In this document: positions 8,654 through 18,705 of the stretch, in pieces
Position numbering within the stretch: position 1 is the stretch's first letter
How the letters are laid out: the number at the start of each line of letters is the position of its first letter
NCBI GenBank assembly: GCA_965230295.1
Contig: OZ246001.1
Coordinates: 384,001 to 448,000 of the forward strand
Length of the DNA: 64,000 nt
Direction: 5' to 3'
DNA from: Marinicella sp.
Lineage (GTDB): Bacteria > Pseudomonadota > Gammaproteobacteria > Xanthomonadales > Marinicellaceae
Translations under genes and position numbers: made by a program
The notes under the pieces: model-generated
What the model was told of the DNA's origin: nothing
The model's database searches: none
What the model saw: the letters and a program-made list of their open reading frames with translations, nothing else

Positions 8654-9133
8654 TCTGTACTTTCGAAATGGGCCTTTGTAGCCTTTGGGCATTCTTTCAA
8701 TGACTCCCTGGTTACAAAGGTTCTTTACCCTATACCTGACAGAATTATTCAAAGAGTCATCGGTGACATTTACTTTTAGTTTTATACTGCCTTTAGTAGC
8801 AACAAAGAGACTTATCTGCGTTATGGTTCCACAGCCATCATTAAATGTATCAAAACTATCATAGATAAGTTTTGTTAACTCCCCATGATTTAATTTAGAT
8901 CCTAAGACTTGAGGCTGTTTGGGTGGAATAATTTCAGGCGAAATTTTAATATCATGTAGGCTAAGTGTCCTATCAATGGCTTGTAAATCATATTTTAGCT
9001 CAGAAATTTTCTGTTTAGTCCATTGTAGATAAATTGATCTTTCCCTCTCAATACGGTTCAATTCACCATGTGTTTCAGCACGTTTCTTTATAAGCCAGTT
9101 TAACGAAGAAGGGATACGATTTGCCATAGACAA
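8642..9133 (-). CDS. Hypothetical protein (coiled coil plus possible winged helix), convergent with the transposase
   Basis: 163-aa ORF overlapping the transposase 3' end by 12 bp and starting just inside the right TIR. Confidence 0.7.
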   Translation of the reverse strand: MSMANRIPSSLNWLIKKRAETHGELNRIERERSIYLQWTKQKISELKYDLQAIDRTLSLHDIKISPEIIPPKQPQVLGSKLNHGELTKLIYDSFDTFNDGCGTITQISLFVATKGSIKLKVNVTDDSLNNSVRYRVKNLCNQGVIERMPKGYKGPFRKYRLKV

Positions 9134-9162
9134 ATTGTATCCCTTGAACTGAAATAGAGCTA

Positions 9163-9185
9163 TGTGCGTATGCTCAATTTAAGCG
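9163..9185 (-). repeat. Right terminal inverted repeat
   Basis: Inverted match to 2228-2250. Confidence 0.9.
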
Positions 9186-9193
9186 ACAGAAAT
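9186..9193 (+). repeat. Right target-site duplication ACAGAAAT
   Basis: Identical to 2220-2227. Confidence 0.9.
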
Positions 9194-9218
9194 AAAAAAA
9201 GCCCGAATAATCGGGCTT
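9194..9218 (-). terminator. Intrinsic terminator of the yajC-secDF operon
   Basis: AAGCCCGA/TCGGGCTT stem with an A7 run (U-tract on the minus strand). Confidence 0.8.
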
Positions 9219-9246
9219 CTTCATGATTCTATTATTTGGCTCCTGC

Positions 9247-10197
9247 TTATGGAATATGATCCAGATTAGCGCCTTCTTTCTCCACCGGGATCAAATCTTC
9301 ACGGCTGATACCCAAAGCCAAAGTGGTGGTACTGGCCACGAATATTGAAGAATACGTACCAATGATCACACCCACAATCAGGGCAAAAGCAAAACCATGG
9401 ATCAAAGCACCGCCAAAAAAGAACAATGCCAACAACACCAACATGGTGGTGAATGAGGTGATCACTGTTCTGGACAGGGTCTGGCCTATGGATTTGTTGA
9501 TTACTTGCTCTGTAGTTGACTTGCGACCTTTGCGGAAGTTTTCCCTGATGCGGTCAAACACCACAATGGTGTCATTCAAGGAGTAACCAATCACTGCAAG
9601 CAATGCTGCCAGTACTGTTAAGTCGAACTCCACTTGCCAGATGGAAAACACCCCAGCGGTGATCACCACGTCATGAACCAAGGCTGCAATGGCACCCAAA
9701 GAAAAGCGCCACTCAAATCGGATGGTGACATAGATCAAGATGCCGATAATGGCATATAACAATGCCAAAGAACCTTGTTCCACCAATTCATCGCCTACTT
9801 GTGATCCCACATAATCGACTTTTGATACTTCAGCCGAGCTGTCCAATTGTTTCAGAACACCCAGAATTTCATTACTTAACTTGGCTTCATCAACACCTGC
9901 ATCGGCCTCAGATTCACCTTGGGGTGGCAAAGTGATTTCGATGTCCGTGCTGGCCCCAAAATTTTTAACCACTGAATTATCGTATCCGTTGTTTTCAAGC
10001 TGTGTTCTGATGTCGGTGATGACTGCGGGTTGATCAAACTTCACCACCACGACCGTGCCACCGGTAAAGTCCAACCCAAAATTCAATCCTCTGGTGACCA
10101 AAGACCCCAAAGCAACCACAATCAAAGTCAGTGATAAAAACATCGCTGCCTTGCGGTGCCCCATGAAATCATACTTAATATTTCCTAATATATTCAT
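9247..10197 (-). CDS. secF: Protein translocase subunit SecF
   Basis: GLNFGLDFTGG, IGYSLNDTIVVFDRIREN, GTYSSIFVA; start at MNILGN after RBS AAGGAG (track start 10245). Confidence 0.96.
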   Translation of the reverse strand: MNILGNIKYDFMGHRKAAMFLSLTLIVVALGSLVTRGLNFGLDFTGGTVVVVKFDQPAVITDIRTQLENNGYDNSVVKNFGASTDIEITLPPQGESEADAGVDEAKLSNEILGVLKQLDSSAEVSKVDYVGSQVGDELVEQGSLALLYAIIGILIYVTIRFEWRFSLGAIAALVHDVVITAGVFSIWQVEFDLTVLAALLAVIGYSLNDTIVVFDRIRENFRKGRKSTTEQVINKSIGQTLSRTVITSFTTMLVLLALFFFGGALIHGFAFALIVGVIIGTYSSIFVASTTTLALGISREDLIPVEKEGANLDHIP

Positions 10198-10207
10198 TAT
10201 CGACTCC

Positions 10208-12061
10208 TTATATGGCAATTGACTGCAGTTTTTTCTTGCGACCATAAATCAAATTAACAATCGCTCTGGACAACACAATGGCGGTGAACATGGAAGTCAC
10301 GATCCCAACACTCAAAGTAACGGCAAAACCTTTAATGGGCCCAGTACCAAAAGCAAACAACACCACCGCTGCAATTAAGGTGGTTACATTGGCATCAGCA
10401 ATGGTTGAAAAAGCCTTGTCGTAACCTGCTTTGATACTACCCTGTATGGTATTTCCTTCCCGAATTTCTTCTTTAATCCGTTCAAAAATCAACACATTGG
10501 CATCCACTGCCATACCAACGGTCAAAACAATTCCGGCTATTCCCGGCAGGGTCAGTGTGGCACCAAACAATGACAAACAGGCCACCATCAGTACCACATT
10601 GATGGTCAATGCGATGTTGGCAATGACACCAAACATGCGGTAATAAATCAGCATAAACACCAACACCATGGCCAAACCAATTTGCACAGATACCACACCT
10701 TTATCGATGTTGTCCTGACCCAAAGAAGGCCCAATGGTGCGTTCTTCGACAATTTGAACGGGCGCGGCCAAAGCTCCCGCTCGCAATAACAAGGCCAATT
10801 CAGCGGCTTCTTTTTGGGTGAAACCACCCGTGGTCTGGAAGCGGTTAGAAAACACGCCATTGATACTGGCGTTACTGATCACTTCTTCTTTGTCTCGGTA
10901 TTGCATTTCACCGGCTTCATTTTTACCAATGGGAATGCGTTCTTTAAAAACCACACCCATGAAATTGCCTACATTGTTCTTGGTGAAATCCAACATTCTG
11001 GCAGCGCCAATGCTGTTGAGTTGTACATTCACCGCATGTTGTCCGGTCTGCTGATCAATGGTGGCCTGGGCCCCGGTTAGCTGATTACCCGTTGCGATGA
11101 CCCTGTTTTTCAGATAAATCGGCTGACCATTGGACTCAAAGTACAAAGTGCTTCCAGGGGGTGTTCTTCCTGTTTGATAGGTTCTTTGTGCTTCTGCATC
11201 AAAACTGTGTGTGGCCCGGTATTCTAAAGTGGCGGTGGCGTCTAAGATATTCTTCGCAACTGTGGTGTCCTGAACACCTGGCAATTGGACCACAATGCGA
11301 TCCAAACCTTGACGTTGAATGATGGGCTCAGCCACTCCAATTTCATTCACCCGGGTTCTTAAAGTGGTTAAGTTCTGATTCAGCGCATTTTCCTTGATGC
11401 TATTTAAAGATTGTTCACTCAATAAGCCTGTGAGCGTATATGAATCAGCACTGATGTCTTCACTGATTGACAATTCTGTGAAGTCGTCTTCAATCAGATC
11501 TTTGGCTTGGGTTAAACCAGCTTCATCCCTGAATCCAATCACCAAGCGATTGGCTTCCCACTTGAGTGATTTCTTAGGGATTTTCTGCTTGATCAATAAA
11601 GCGGTGATGTCAGAACGAATTTGTTTTTTCTTGTTCTCTTCTGCTTTGCTCATATCCACTTCTAACAAGAAGTGGACACCACCACGCAGATCAAGACCCA
11701 GGTTCATGGCACTGCCGCCCAAATTTTCCAACCATTCAGGTACATTGGGTTTTAGATTCATCGCCGTATCAAATCCAGCCAGATCCCGTTTCAACAGATC
11801 CTGTGCTTGTCGTTGACTGTCCAAGTCAGCAAATTTCACAATGGCCGTCTCCCCATCAATTGACACTTCATCAAAAGCAATTGATTCTTCACTCAGTAAG
11901 TTGGTTACTTTATTCAGTGTCGGCTGGGATACGGGCACATCTTCCTTGGCTTTGATTTGCACCACAGGGCTTTGGCCGTAGATGTTGGGTAAGGCATACA
12001 ACCCGCCAAAAGCCACTATCACCATCACCAAGATGTATTTCCATGCAGGATATCGATTCAT
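10208..12061 (-). CDS. secD: Protein translocase subunit SecD
   Basis: LGLDLRGGVHF, IVVQLPG, GPSLG, GMAVDANVLIFERIKEE. Confidence 0.97.
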   Translation of the reverse strand: MNRYPAWKYILVMVIVAFGGLYALPNIYGQSPVVQIKAKEDVPVSQPTLNKVTNLLSEESIAFDEVSIDGETAIVKFADLDSQRQAQDLLKRDLAGFDTAMNLKPNVPEWLENLGGSAMNLGLDLRGGVHFLLEVDMSKAEENKKKQIRSDITALLIKQKIPKKSLKWEANRLVIGFRDEAGLTQAKDLIEDDFTELSISEDISADSYTLTGLLSEQSLNSIKENALNQNLTTLRTRVNEIGVAEPIIQRQGLDRIVVQLPGVQDTTVAKNILDATATLEYRATHSFDAEAQRTYQTGRTPPGSTLYFESNGQPIYLKNRVIATGNQLTGAQATIDQQTGQHAVNVQLNSIGAARMLDFTKNNVGNFMGVVFKERIPIGKNEAGEMQYRDKEEVISNASINGVFSNRFQTTGGFTQKEAAELALLLRAGALAAPVQIVEERTIGPSLGQDNIDKGVVSVQIGLAMVLVFMLIYYRMFGVIANIALTINVVLMVACLSLFGATLTLPGIAGIVLTVGMAVDANVLIFERIKEEIREGNTIQGSIKAGYDKAFSTIADANVTTLIAAVVLFAFGTGPIKGFAVTLSVGIVTSMFTAIVLSRAIVNLIYGRKKKLQSIAI

Positions 12062-12105
12062 ATCGTTCTCTTTTTTTGGTTTAAATTACAGTTATGTTGG
12101 CTTAC

Positions 12106-12435
12106 TTACTTCAGAGATTTGATGGTTCCCTTGGGCAAGACTTTAGCCACTGCACTTCTTTGTACGTGGATTTCTGTACCTGGCGCAATTTCAACTTTGA
12201 CGAATGCTTCGTCGACCGCCACGATGGCCCCCAACGTTCCACCATTGGTAATCACTTCATCACCAACAGCCAAGGCATTGACCATTTCATTGTGCGCTTT
12301 CATGCGTTTGTTCTGAGGGCGAATCAACATGAAATACATGATCACAAAAAACACCCCAATGAAAATCAAAGTTCCAAAAGGGTTGGCTGCTTGACCACCT
12401 GATTGGGCCATGGCGTCAGATATAAAAAAATTCAT
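12106..12435 (-). CDS. yajC: Preprotein translocase subunit YajC
   Basis: YFMLIRPQNKR, GDEVITNGG; upstream of secD. Confidence 0.96.
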   Translation of the reverse strand: MNFFISDAMAQSGGQAANPFGTLIFIGVFFVIMYFMLIRPQNKRMKAHNEMVNALAVGDEVITNGGTLGAIVAVDEAFVKVEIAPGTEIHVQRSAVAKVLPKGTIKSLK

Positions 12436-12506
12436 CTTTAATCCCGTATCTAGTAAAATAAAAGCGCGCTATTATAGCACCACAGACTCAACGATATAGG
12501 ACTCAG

Positions 12507-12923
12507 ATGGGAAAAAATCAAGTACTGAATTCAGCTAACTGTGATGAACACAGAGAGATCACAGGTGGCTGTCATTGCCAAAGTGTCAGATTCAATGCCA
12601 CTGTGTCTTCAAATGAAATCATACTGTCATGCAATTGTTCAATCTGCGCCATGACAGGATTCCAACATTTAATTGTCCCCCACAGCCAATTTACCTTGTT
12701 GTCAGGCAAAGATGTGTTGACCAGCTACCAGTTCAACACCAAACAAGCCAACCATTTATTCTGCAGCCAATGTGGGGTAAAATCCTTTTACCAACCCAGG
12801 TCGCATCCAGAAAGCTGGAGCATCAATACCAACTGTTTGGACCAGTTCAATCCCGATGACTGGTCTTTTGAACAATTTGATGGAATGAACTGGGAACAAG
12901 CCAAACAAACACTGAAACAATAA
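12507..12923 (+). CDS. GFA/CENP-V family protein
   Basis: GGCHC, CNCSIC, HLFCSQCG, RSHP. Confidence 0.9.
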   Translation: MGKNQVLNSANCDEHREITGGCHCQSVRFNATVSSNEIILSCNCSICAMTGFQHLIVPHSQFTLLSGKDVLTSYQFNTKQANHLFCSQCGVKSFYQPRSHPESWSINTNCLDQFNPDDWSFEQFDGMNWEQAKQTLKQ

Positions 12924-12931
12924 AAACTGAT

Positions 12932-13753
12932 ATGCCGACCATTTCAACAGAACGATTGAACATCAAACCAACCCACAAAAATTGTTGGTCCATTTATGAT
13001 CAGCTTGACGAACAGTTGATTGGAAAATTATTTTTCCGAGAACAGTGGTTTAACATCTTACTGAAACCCCAATCACTGCGACTTGGTGTGGCCACCGAGG
13101 CCAGTTATGGCTTGATGAAAGCCATCAACAGTGATACTTACAAAGCCAAAACCAAAGTGCCTCATGCCATGCAATTTCTCGAACAAATGGGTTTTGTCAA
13201 ACAAGACAATCATTATGAGGTCACGGCTGAAGGCTTAACCTGCCCTGATTTATACCATCAGCTCAATCAAAGGCTTTGTATAGACCCTTCTGCTTTGAAA
13301 ACACCTCTTCAACAAACCGCATCACAACTGGTTGATGCTGAAAAAGATTGCTTTGGACGCCCTTGTAAATTACATCCCCAAGCCAACAAAGCCTGGCAGA
13401 GAATGAAATCTACAGCGGCCGCTGACGGGATTGAAATTCAACTCGTTTCAGGTTATCGATCGATGACTTACCAAGCCCATTTAATCACCAAAAAGTTGGC
13501 AGAAGGTCAGGACTTAAAGGACATCTTATCCACCAATGCAGCTCCCGGTCACAGTGAACACCACACCGGTTGTGCAGTGGACATCACCACCAACGATGAA
13601 ACGCCGTTGGAAGAATCATTTGCCGAAACAAAAGCTTTTGCCTGGTTGACTGAACATGCGGATTCACATGGGTTTACCATGACGTATCCTAAAGAAAATG
13701 AGCTGGGAATCATGTATGAACCTTGGCATTGGTGCTATCATCACCAATCATAG
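12932..13753 (+). CDS. M15B (VanY-like) D,D-carboxypeptidase with an N-terminal extension
   Basis: SGYRS, APGHSEHHTGCAVD, YEPWHW. Confidence 0.88.
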   Translation: MPTISTERLNIKPTHKNCWSIYDQLDEQLIGKLFFREQWFNILLKPQSLRLGVATEASYGLMKAINSDTYKAKTKVPHAMQFLEQMGFVKQDNHYEVTAEGLTCPDLYHQLNQRLCIDPSALKTPLQQTASQLVDAEKDCFGRPCKLHPQANKAWQRMKSTAAADGIEIQLVSGYRSMTYQAHLITKKLAEGQDLKDILSTNAAPGHSEHHTGCAVDITTNDETPLEESFAETKAFAWLTEHADSHGFTMTYPKENELGIMYEPWHWCYHHQS

Positions 13754-14173
13754 GAAAGCTGCTGAGCAGCTTGACCCGCCGAGCCGGTTAGGCAAATCAT
13801 GCAATCATGGCGATTTTGCAAAGCAAAGAAGCCTTGATGTAATGATTGATTAGCCGTGAGCTATTGAGGTTGCGGCCGCTATCGCTCCTAGCTATCGCGG
13901 CAGACCTACATCCATGTAGGCCAATCAGAGGCGAAGAGAATAGCCAATGAGCATATGGCGATTTGACGAAGTCAAGAAGCCTTATGTGAATGGCGTTATT
14001 CGTGCGAGGTAGCAAGTCATGTTCGCCGTGGTCGTTTTCACTTTTGTCAGAAACAGACATGCAGTGCGAAGCAACTGCTCAGACAATAGTCTGTAAAGGT
14101 CGGTTTATTTGCGCAGCAAATATGAAGACCTGTCAGACCATGAACCAGAATGAAGCCCCAAGAACATTCCTTA
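13751..14173 (+). repeat. Modular MITE-like intergenic repeat, long copy (423 bp)
   Basis: Shares four colinear blocks with 52715-52866; ends TAGGAA...TTCCTTA; many internal hairpins. Confidence 0.8.
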
Positions 14174-14204
14174 TTTCTATCTGTGCAAACGCCTTCTTTT
14201 GTGG

Positions 14205-15401
14205 TCAATAATTATTGACCACAAAATCATCTAAGATTTCGATGAACTGTGATGCAATGTCATCACCTTTGAGGGTATGGGTTTTTTCACCGCGAATAAA
14301 AATGGGTGCTGAAGGCGATTCGCCTGTTCCTGGCAAGGATATGCCTATGTCAGCATGTTTTGATTCACCTGGCCCATTGACGATGCATCCCATGACAGCC
14401 ACATTCATGTCTTTTACACCAGGGTGTGAAATCCGCCACTCAGGCATTTTGGCGTCCATATGCTCTGTCACTTGTTTGGCCAATACCTGAAAGAACTCAC
14501 TGGTCGTTCTGCCACAACCTGGACAAGCTGTGACTTCGGGTTTGAATGATTGCAACTCCAAACTTTGTAAAATTTGTTGGGCAACTTTAACCTCTTCTGT
14601 CCTTGCCTGGTTGGGTTCAGGAGTTAAGGAAACCCTGATGGTGTCACCAATTCCTTGTTGCAACAACACGGCCAAAGCGGCCGTAGATGCCACAATGCCT
14701 TTGTTTCCCATGCCAGCTTCAGTCAAGCCCAAATGCAAGGCATATTGGCATGATTGGTGTAATTCTTGATAGATTCTGATCAACGACTGAACGCTGCTGA
14801 CTTTGCAACTGACAATGATTTTATCAGCACCCAAGCCGAATGATTCAGCTTGTTGTGCACTGGACAACACCGATTGGATCAAAGCTTTTTCGATCAAGGC
14901 ACCACTGGATAATGGTTTCGGTGACAGGGCATTTTCATCCATCATTTTGGCCATCAACTTTTGATCCAACGAGCCCCAGTTACCTCCAATGCGGACCGGT
15001 TTATCCAGATCTTTGGCCACTTGAATGATCGATTCGAACTGCTGATCACGCTTTTTACCAAAACCAACATTGCCAGGATTGATGCGGAATTTTGCCAGTT
15101 TTTCAGCGCACAAAGGATGGTCTTGTAACAAACGATGACCGTTGTAATGAAAATCACCAATCACTGGGACATGACAATGTGCAGCCTGTAAACGGTCAAT
15201 GATTTCTGGAACAGCAGCCGCAGATTCCTCATTGTTCACAGTGATTCGCACCATTTCTGAGCCAGCTTGATGCAATTGATAAATCTGTTGAGCTGTGGAC
15301 TTGGCATCAGCGGTGTCGGTATTGGTCATTGATTGCACCACCACCCGACCGGCACCTACCTGGACGTCACCCACAGAAACTATATTGCGTTTTACATTCA
15401 T
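14205..15401 (-). CDS. ispG: 4-hydroxy-3-methylbut-2-en-1-yl diphosphate synthase
   Basis: [39 protein letters not shown]. Confidence 0.97.
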   Translation of the reverse strand: MNVKRNIVSVGDVQVGAGRVVVQSMTNTDTADAKSTAQQIYQLHQAGSEMVRITVNNEESAAAVPEIIDRLQAAHCHVPVIGDFHYNGHRLLQDHPLCAEKLAKFRINPGNVGFGKKRDQQFESIIQVAKDLDKPVRIGGNWGSLDQKLMAKMMDENALSPKPLSSGALIEKALIQSVLSSAQQAESFGLGADKIIVSCKVSSVQSLIRIYQELHQSCQYALHLGLTEAGMGNKGIVASTAALAVLLQQGIGDTIRVSLTPEPNQARTEEVKVAQQILQSLELQSFKPEVTACPGCGRTTSEFFQVLAKQVTEHMDAKMPEWRISHPGVKDMNVAVMGCIVNGPGESKHADIGISLPGTGESPSAPIFIRGEKTHTLKGDDIASQFIEILDDFVVNNY

Positions 15402-15405
15402 GATT

Positions 15406-15840
15406 TTAATTTTGTTTCAAACAGGCCTGATTCAAACCCGCCAACAGGTTAGAAAATGGTGTCTTTCCTATGACCGACCTGAATACAGTCATGTGTATGT
15501 TTTGATTGTTTTCGTTGTTTGTTAATTTTATCACCAATGCATGAGGTAATTGCCAAAACCCAGAAAGCTTTATATCATCGGCCCATATATCGGTTATTGG
15601 TGAACAGGTATGCAGTGTCATTTGACCTGTCACATTGAGCTTAAACTGTAAACTGTTTTGCCGCTTGATCACTTGTTGGTTTTTCCAAATGGCAAACAAC
15701 AACAGAGGCAGTAAAGCCAAAACCCATTCATTAACCTGAAAAGCGAGGCTGAACACCAGCAGCACAAGCAAGGTCAAAATGACCTGAGACAACCACAAAG
15801 TGTGGGTAAATTGGTTATTTTTGATGGTAACCGGCTGCAC
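15406..15840 (-). CDS. YgfX-like membrane protein
   Basis: Two N-terminal TM segments; overlaps the sdhE 3' end as ygfX does; GTG 15840 preferred to track start 15990. Confidence 0.55.
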   Translation of the reverse strand: MQPVTIKNNQFTHTLWLSQVILTLLVLLVFSLAFQVNEWVLALLPLLLFAIWKNQQVIKRQNSLQFKLNVTGQMTLHTCSPITDIWADDIKLSGFWQLPHALVIKLTNNENNQNIHMTVFRSVIGKTPFSNLLAGLNQACLKQN

Positions 15841-16093
15841 AAATTTGCTCCACCAAGTCCTTAAATTGTATGCGCTCCATTTCTGGTTTGGATTTCCCGC
15901 TGAGCCAATACCACAACAGCATATCTTCTTCAGCCAGCATGTCATTAAACAGTACCTTTTTTGATGTTGACAACGTCTTGTATTCAGCATCTAAGAATCG
16001 ATTGAGGATGAAGTCCAGTTCCTTCATGCCACGTCGGCATCGCCACCTGAAATAGCCTTCAGACAATGCGTCTTCAGAATCTGCACCCATCAC
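15815..16093 (-). CDS. sdhE: Succinate dehydrogenase flavinylation factor SdhE
   Basis: WRCRRGMKELD motif. Confidence 0.93.
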   Translation of the reverse strand: MMGADSEDALSEGYFRWRCRRGMKELDFILNRFLDAEYKTLSTSKKVLFNDMLAEEDMLLWYWLSGKSKPEMERIQFKDLVEQICAAGYHQK

Positions 16094-16103
16094 AAATCAA
16101 ACG

Positions 16104-16889
16104 TTACAAGGCATGCCTTTGGGCAATCATTTTTTTGATTTCACCAATGGCTTTGCCTGGATTCAACCCTTTGGGACAAGTGTTGGCACAATTCATGATG
16201 GTGTGACATCGGTAGACTTTGAACGGATCCTCTAAATCTTCCAAGCGCTCACCGGTGTACTCATCACGAGAATCTGCCAACCATCGATAAGATTGTAACA
16301 ACACCGCCGGGCCTAAATAACGATCTCCGTTCCACCAATAACTGGGACATGAAGTTTGGCAACAAGCACATAAAATACATTCATACAAACCATCTAACTT
16401 TTCACGGTCTTCAATTGATTGTAATCGCTCTCTGTCCGGTAATGGCACAGAATCTGTCTGCATCCAGGGCTTGATGGATGCATATTGGGCGTAAAAATGA
16501 GTCAGGTCCGGGACCAGATCTTTGATCACTTCCATGTGAGGTAATGGGTAAACAGCAATCTCTTTGCCTTTGAATTGCTTGATGGAAGTGGTACAAGCCA
16601 ATGTGTTGGTGCCATTGATGTTCATGGCGCAAGAGCCACAAATACCCTCTCGACATGAACGCCTGAACGTCACAGTGGAATCCATTTCATCTTTGATTTT
16701 TATCAGTGCATCCAAAACCATTGGGCCGCATTGATCCAAATCGATCTCGTAGCTATCGGTTCTGGGGTTTTCATTGTCATCGGGTGACCAACGGTACACT
16801 TTCACAGTGGTTAAATTGCTGCCACTGTCGGCTTTGTGGTGTTTGCCTTTTTTTACCCTGGAGTTCTTTGGTAATCTGAATTCTGCCAT
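16104..16889 (-). CDS. sdhB: Succinate dehydrogenase iron-sulfur subunit
   Basis: [36 protein letters not shown]. Confidence 0.98.
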   Translation of the reverse strand: MAEFRLPKNSRVKKGKHHKADSGSNLTTVKVYRWSPDDNENPRTDSYEIDLDQCGPMVLDALIKIKDEMDSTVTFRRSCREGICGSCAMNINGTNTLACTTSIKQFKGKEIAVYPLPHMEVIKDLVPDLTHFYAQYASIKPWMQTDSVPLPDRERLQSIEDREKLDGLYECILCACCQTSCPSYWWNGDRYLGPAVLLQSYRWLADSRDEYTGERLEDLEDPFKVYRCHTIMNCANTCPKGLNPGKAIGEIKKMIAQRHAL

Positions 16890-16913
16890 TGTTTATAACC
16901 TGTTGCTGTGCGT

Positions 16914-18701
16914 TTAATAGACGCGTGGTTTGGGTGGGATCACTTCACATTCGTCGGTCAATGTGTATATGTGAACGGGTCGGTAATCAAATGAGACGTT
17001 GCCACTGTCATCTATGTATGCCAGGGTGTGTTTCATCCACTCATCGTCATTTCTGTCAGGATAATCTTCTCGGGCATGGGCACCACGTGATTCTTTGCGG
17101 TTTTCCGCTGAGAACATGGTCACTTTGGCCTGGATCATCAAGTTTTGTAATTCCAGGGTTTCAACCAAATCGGTGTTCCATACCATAGAAGAATCTGACA
17201 CGTTGACATCATTAATTTTAGCTGCTGTGGCGGCAATCTGCTCACACCCTTCTTGTAACACTTCGCCGGTTCTGAATACGGCCGCATTGTTCTGCATGAT
17301 TTTTTGCATTTCCAGTCGCAGTTCAGCCGTTTTAATGCCACCTTGGGCATGTCGGGTTTTGTCCAAATTATCTAAAGATTTATCCAAGGCACCTTTGGGC
17401 AGTTCTGAATGTTTGGCACCCGGTGTGATGACATCTGCACATCGATCTGCCACGGCACGTCCGAATACAATCAAATCAAGCAGTGAATTTGAGCCCAGTC
17501 TATTGGCGCCATGAACCGAAACACAAGCAGCTTCGCCTATGGCGAACAAACCCGGAACCACTTTGTCAGGATCATCCCCTTCTTTGTTCACCACTTCACC
17601 ATGGTAATTGGTGGGAATCCCACCCATGTTGTAATGTACGGTAGGTAATACAGGAATGGGCTCCTTGGCCACATCAACACCGGCAAAAATTTCTGCCGAT
17701 TCTGCGATACCCGGTAGACGTTTGTTGATCACATCTGCACCCAAGTGCTGTAAATTCAAGTAAATGTGATCATTTTCAGCACCGACGCCCCTGCCCTCAC
17801 GAATTTCTATGGTCATTGATCGCGACACGACATCACGTGATGCCAAATCTTTGGCATTGGGGGCATAACGCTCCATAAATCGTTCACCCTTGGCATTGGT
17901 CAGGAAGCCACCTTCACCACGCACACCTTCAGTGATCAAACAACCCGCACCATAGATACCAGTCGGATGGAATTGAACAAACTCCATATCTTGCAATGGC
18001 AAACCGGCACGCAGCACCATGGCATTACCGTCACCGGTACAGGTATGAGCAGAAGTGGCAGAAAAATAGGCACGTCCATAACCGCCCGTGGCCAAAATAA
18101 CTGCATGACCACGAAACAGGTGCAAAGTACCATCGGCCAAATTCCAGGCCAGAACGCCTTTACATTCACCGTTTTCCATCACCAAATCGATGGCAAAATA
18201 TTCGATAAAAAAGGAAGCATCATGTTTCAATGCTTGTTGGTACAAGGTATGTAAAATGGCATGACCGGTACGGTCTGCCGCAGCGCAGGTCCGTTGCGCA
18301 GTACCCTCACCATAATTGGTGGTCATGCCACCAAAGGGTCTTTGGTAAATTTTACCCTCTTCGGTGCGCGAAAAAGGTACGCCATAATGTTCTAACTCGA
18401 CCACTGAGGGAACGGCTTCTCGACACATGTATTCAATCGCATCCTGATCACCCAACCAATCTGATCCTTTGATGGTGTCATACATGTGCCAACGCCAATC
18501 ATCTTCACCCATATTGCCCAGCGATGCAGACATGCCTCCTTGAGCAGCCACCGTATGTGAACGGGTTGGAAATACCTTAGTGATACAGGCTGTTGACAAG
18601 CCTTTGGTCGCCAAACCCATGGTGGCTCGTAATCCCGCACCACCGGCGCCAACCACAATGGCGTCGAATTTGTGTTCTGTTATCTTATATTTTTGTGTCA
18701 T
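16914..18701 (-). CDS. sdhA: Succinate dehydrogenase flavoprotein subunit
   Basis: [23 protein letters not shown]; start MTQKY at 18701 (track 18740). Confidence 0.98.
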   Translation of the reverse strand: MTQKYKITEHKFDAIVVGAGGAGLRATMGLATKGLSTACITKVFPTRSHTVAAQGGMSASLGNMGEDDWRWHMYDTIKGSDWLGDQDAIEYMCREAVPSVVELEHYGVPFSRTEEGKIYQRPFGGMTTNYGEGTAQRTCAAADRTGHAILHTLYQQALKHDASFFIEYFAIDLVMENGECKGVLAWNLADGTLHLFRGHAVILATGGYGRAYFSATSAHTCTGDGNAMVLRAGLPLQDMEFVQFHPTGIYGAGCLITEGVRGEGGFLTNAKGERFMERYAPNAKDLASRDVVSRSMTIEIREGRGVGAENDHIYLNLQHLGADVINKRLPGIAESAEIFAGVDVAKEPIPVLPTVHYNMGGIPTNYHGEVVNKEGDDPDKVVPGLFAIGEAACVSVHGANRLGSNSLLDLIVFGRAVADRCADVITPGAKHSELPKGALDKSLDNLDKTRHAQGGIKTAELRLEMQKIMQNNAAVFRTGEVLQEGCEQIAATAAKINDVNVSDSSMVWNTDLVETLELQNLMIQAKVTMFSAENRKESRGAHAREDYPDRNDDEWMKHTLAYIDDSGNVSFDYRPVHIYTLTDECEVIPPKPRVY

Positions 18702-18705
18702 GGGT

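Larger units (their letters stand above)
2228..9185 (+). mobile_element. IS1595-family transposon with passenger genes (6958 bp)
   Basis: TIRs at 2228-2250 and 9163-9185 (20/23 match); 8-bp direct repeat ACAGAAAT at 2220-2227 and 9186-9193; intact IS1595 transposase inside; visibly more AT-rich than the flanks. Confidence 0.93.

Noticed and set aside
13797-14211. ORFs 13797-14060 and 13990-14211, plus 52671-52874, the latter two sharing the peptide RGSKSCSxWSFSLLS
   Set aside because: They lie inside the MITE-like repeat; the shared peptide only reflects the DNA repeat, and there is no RBS or protein-like composition
15841-15990. N-terminal extension of the 194-aa ORF overlapping sdhE
   Set aside because: Alternative-frame overlap with a conserved gene; GTG 15840 gives a normal YgfX-sized protein
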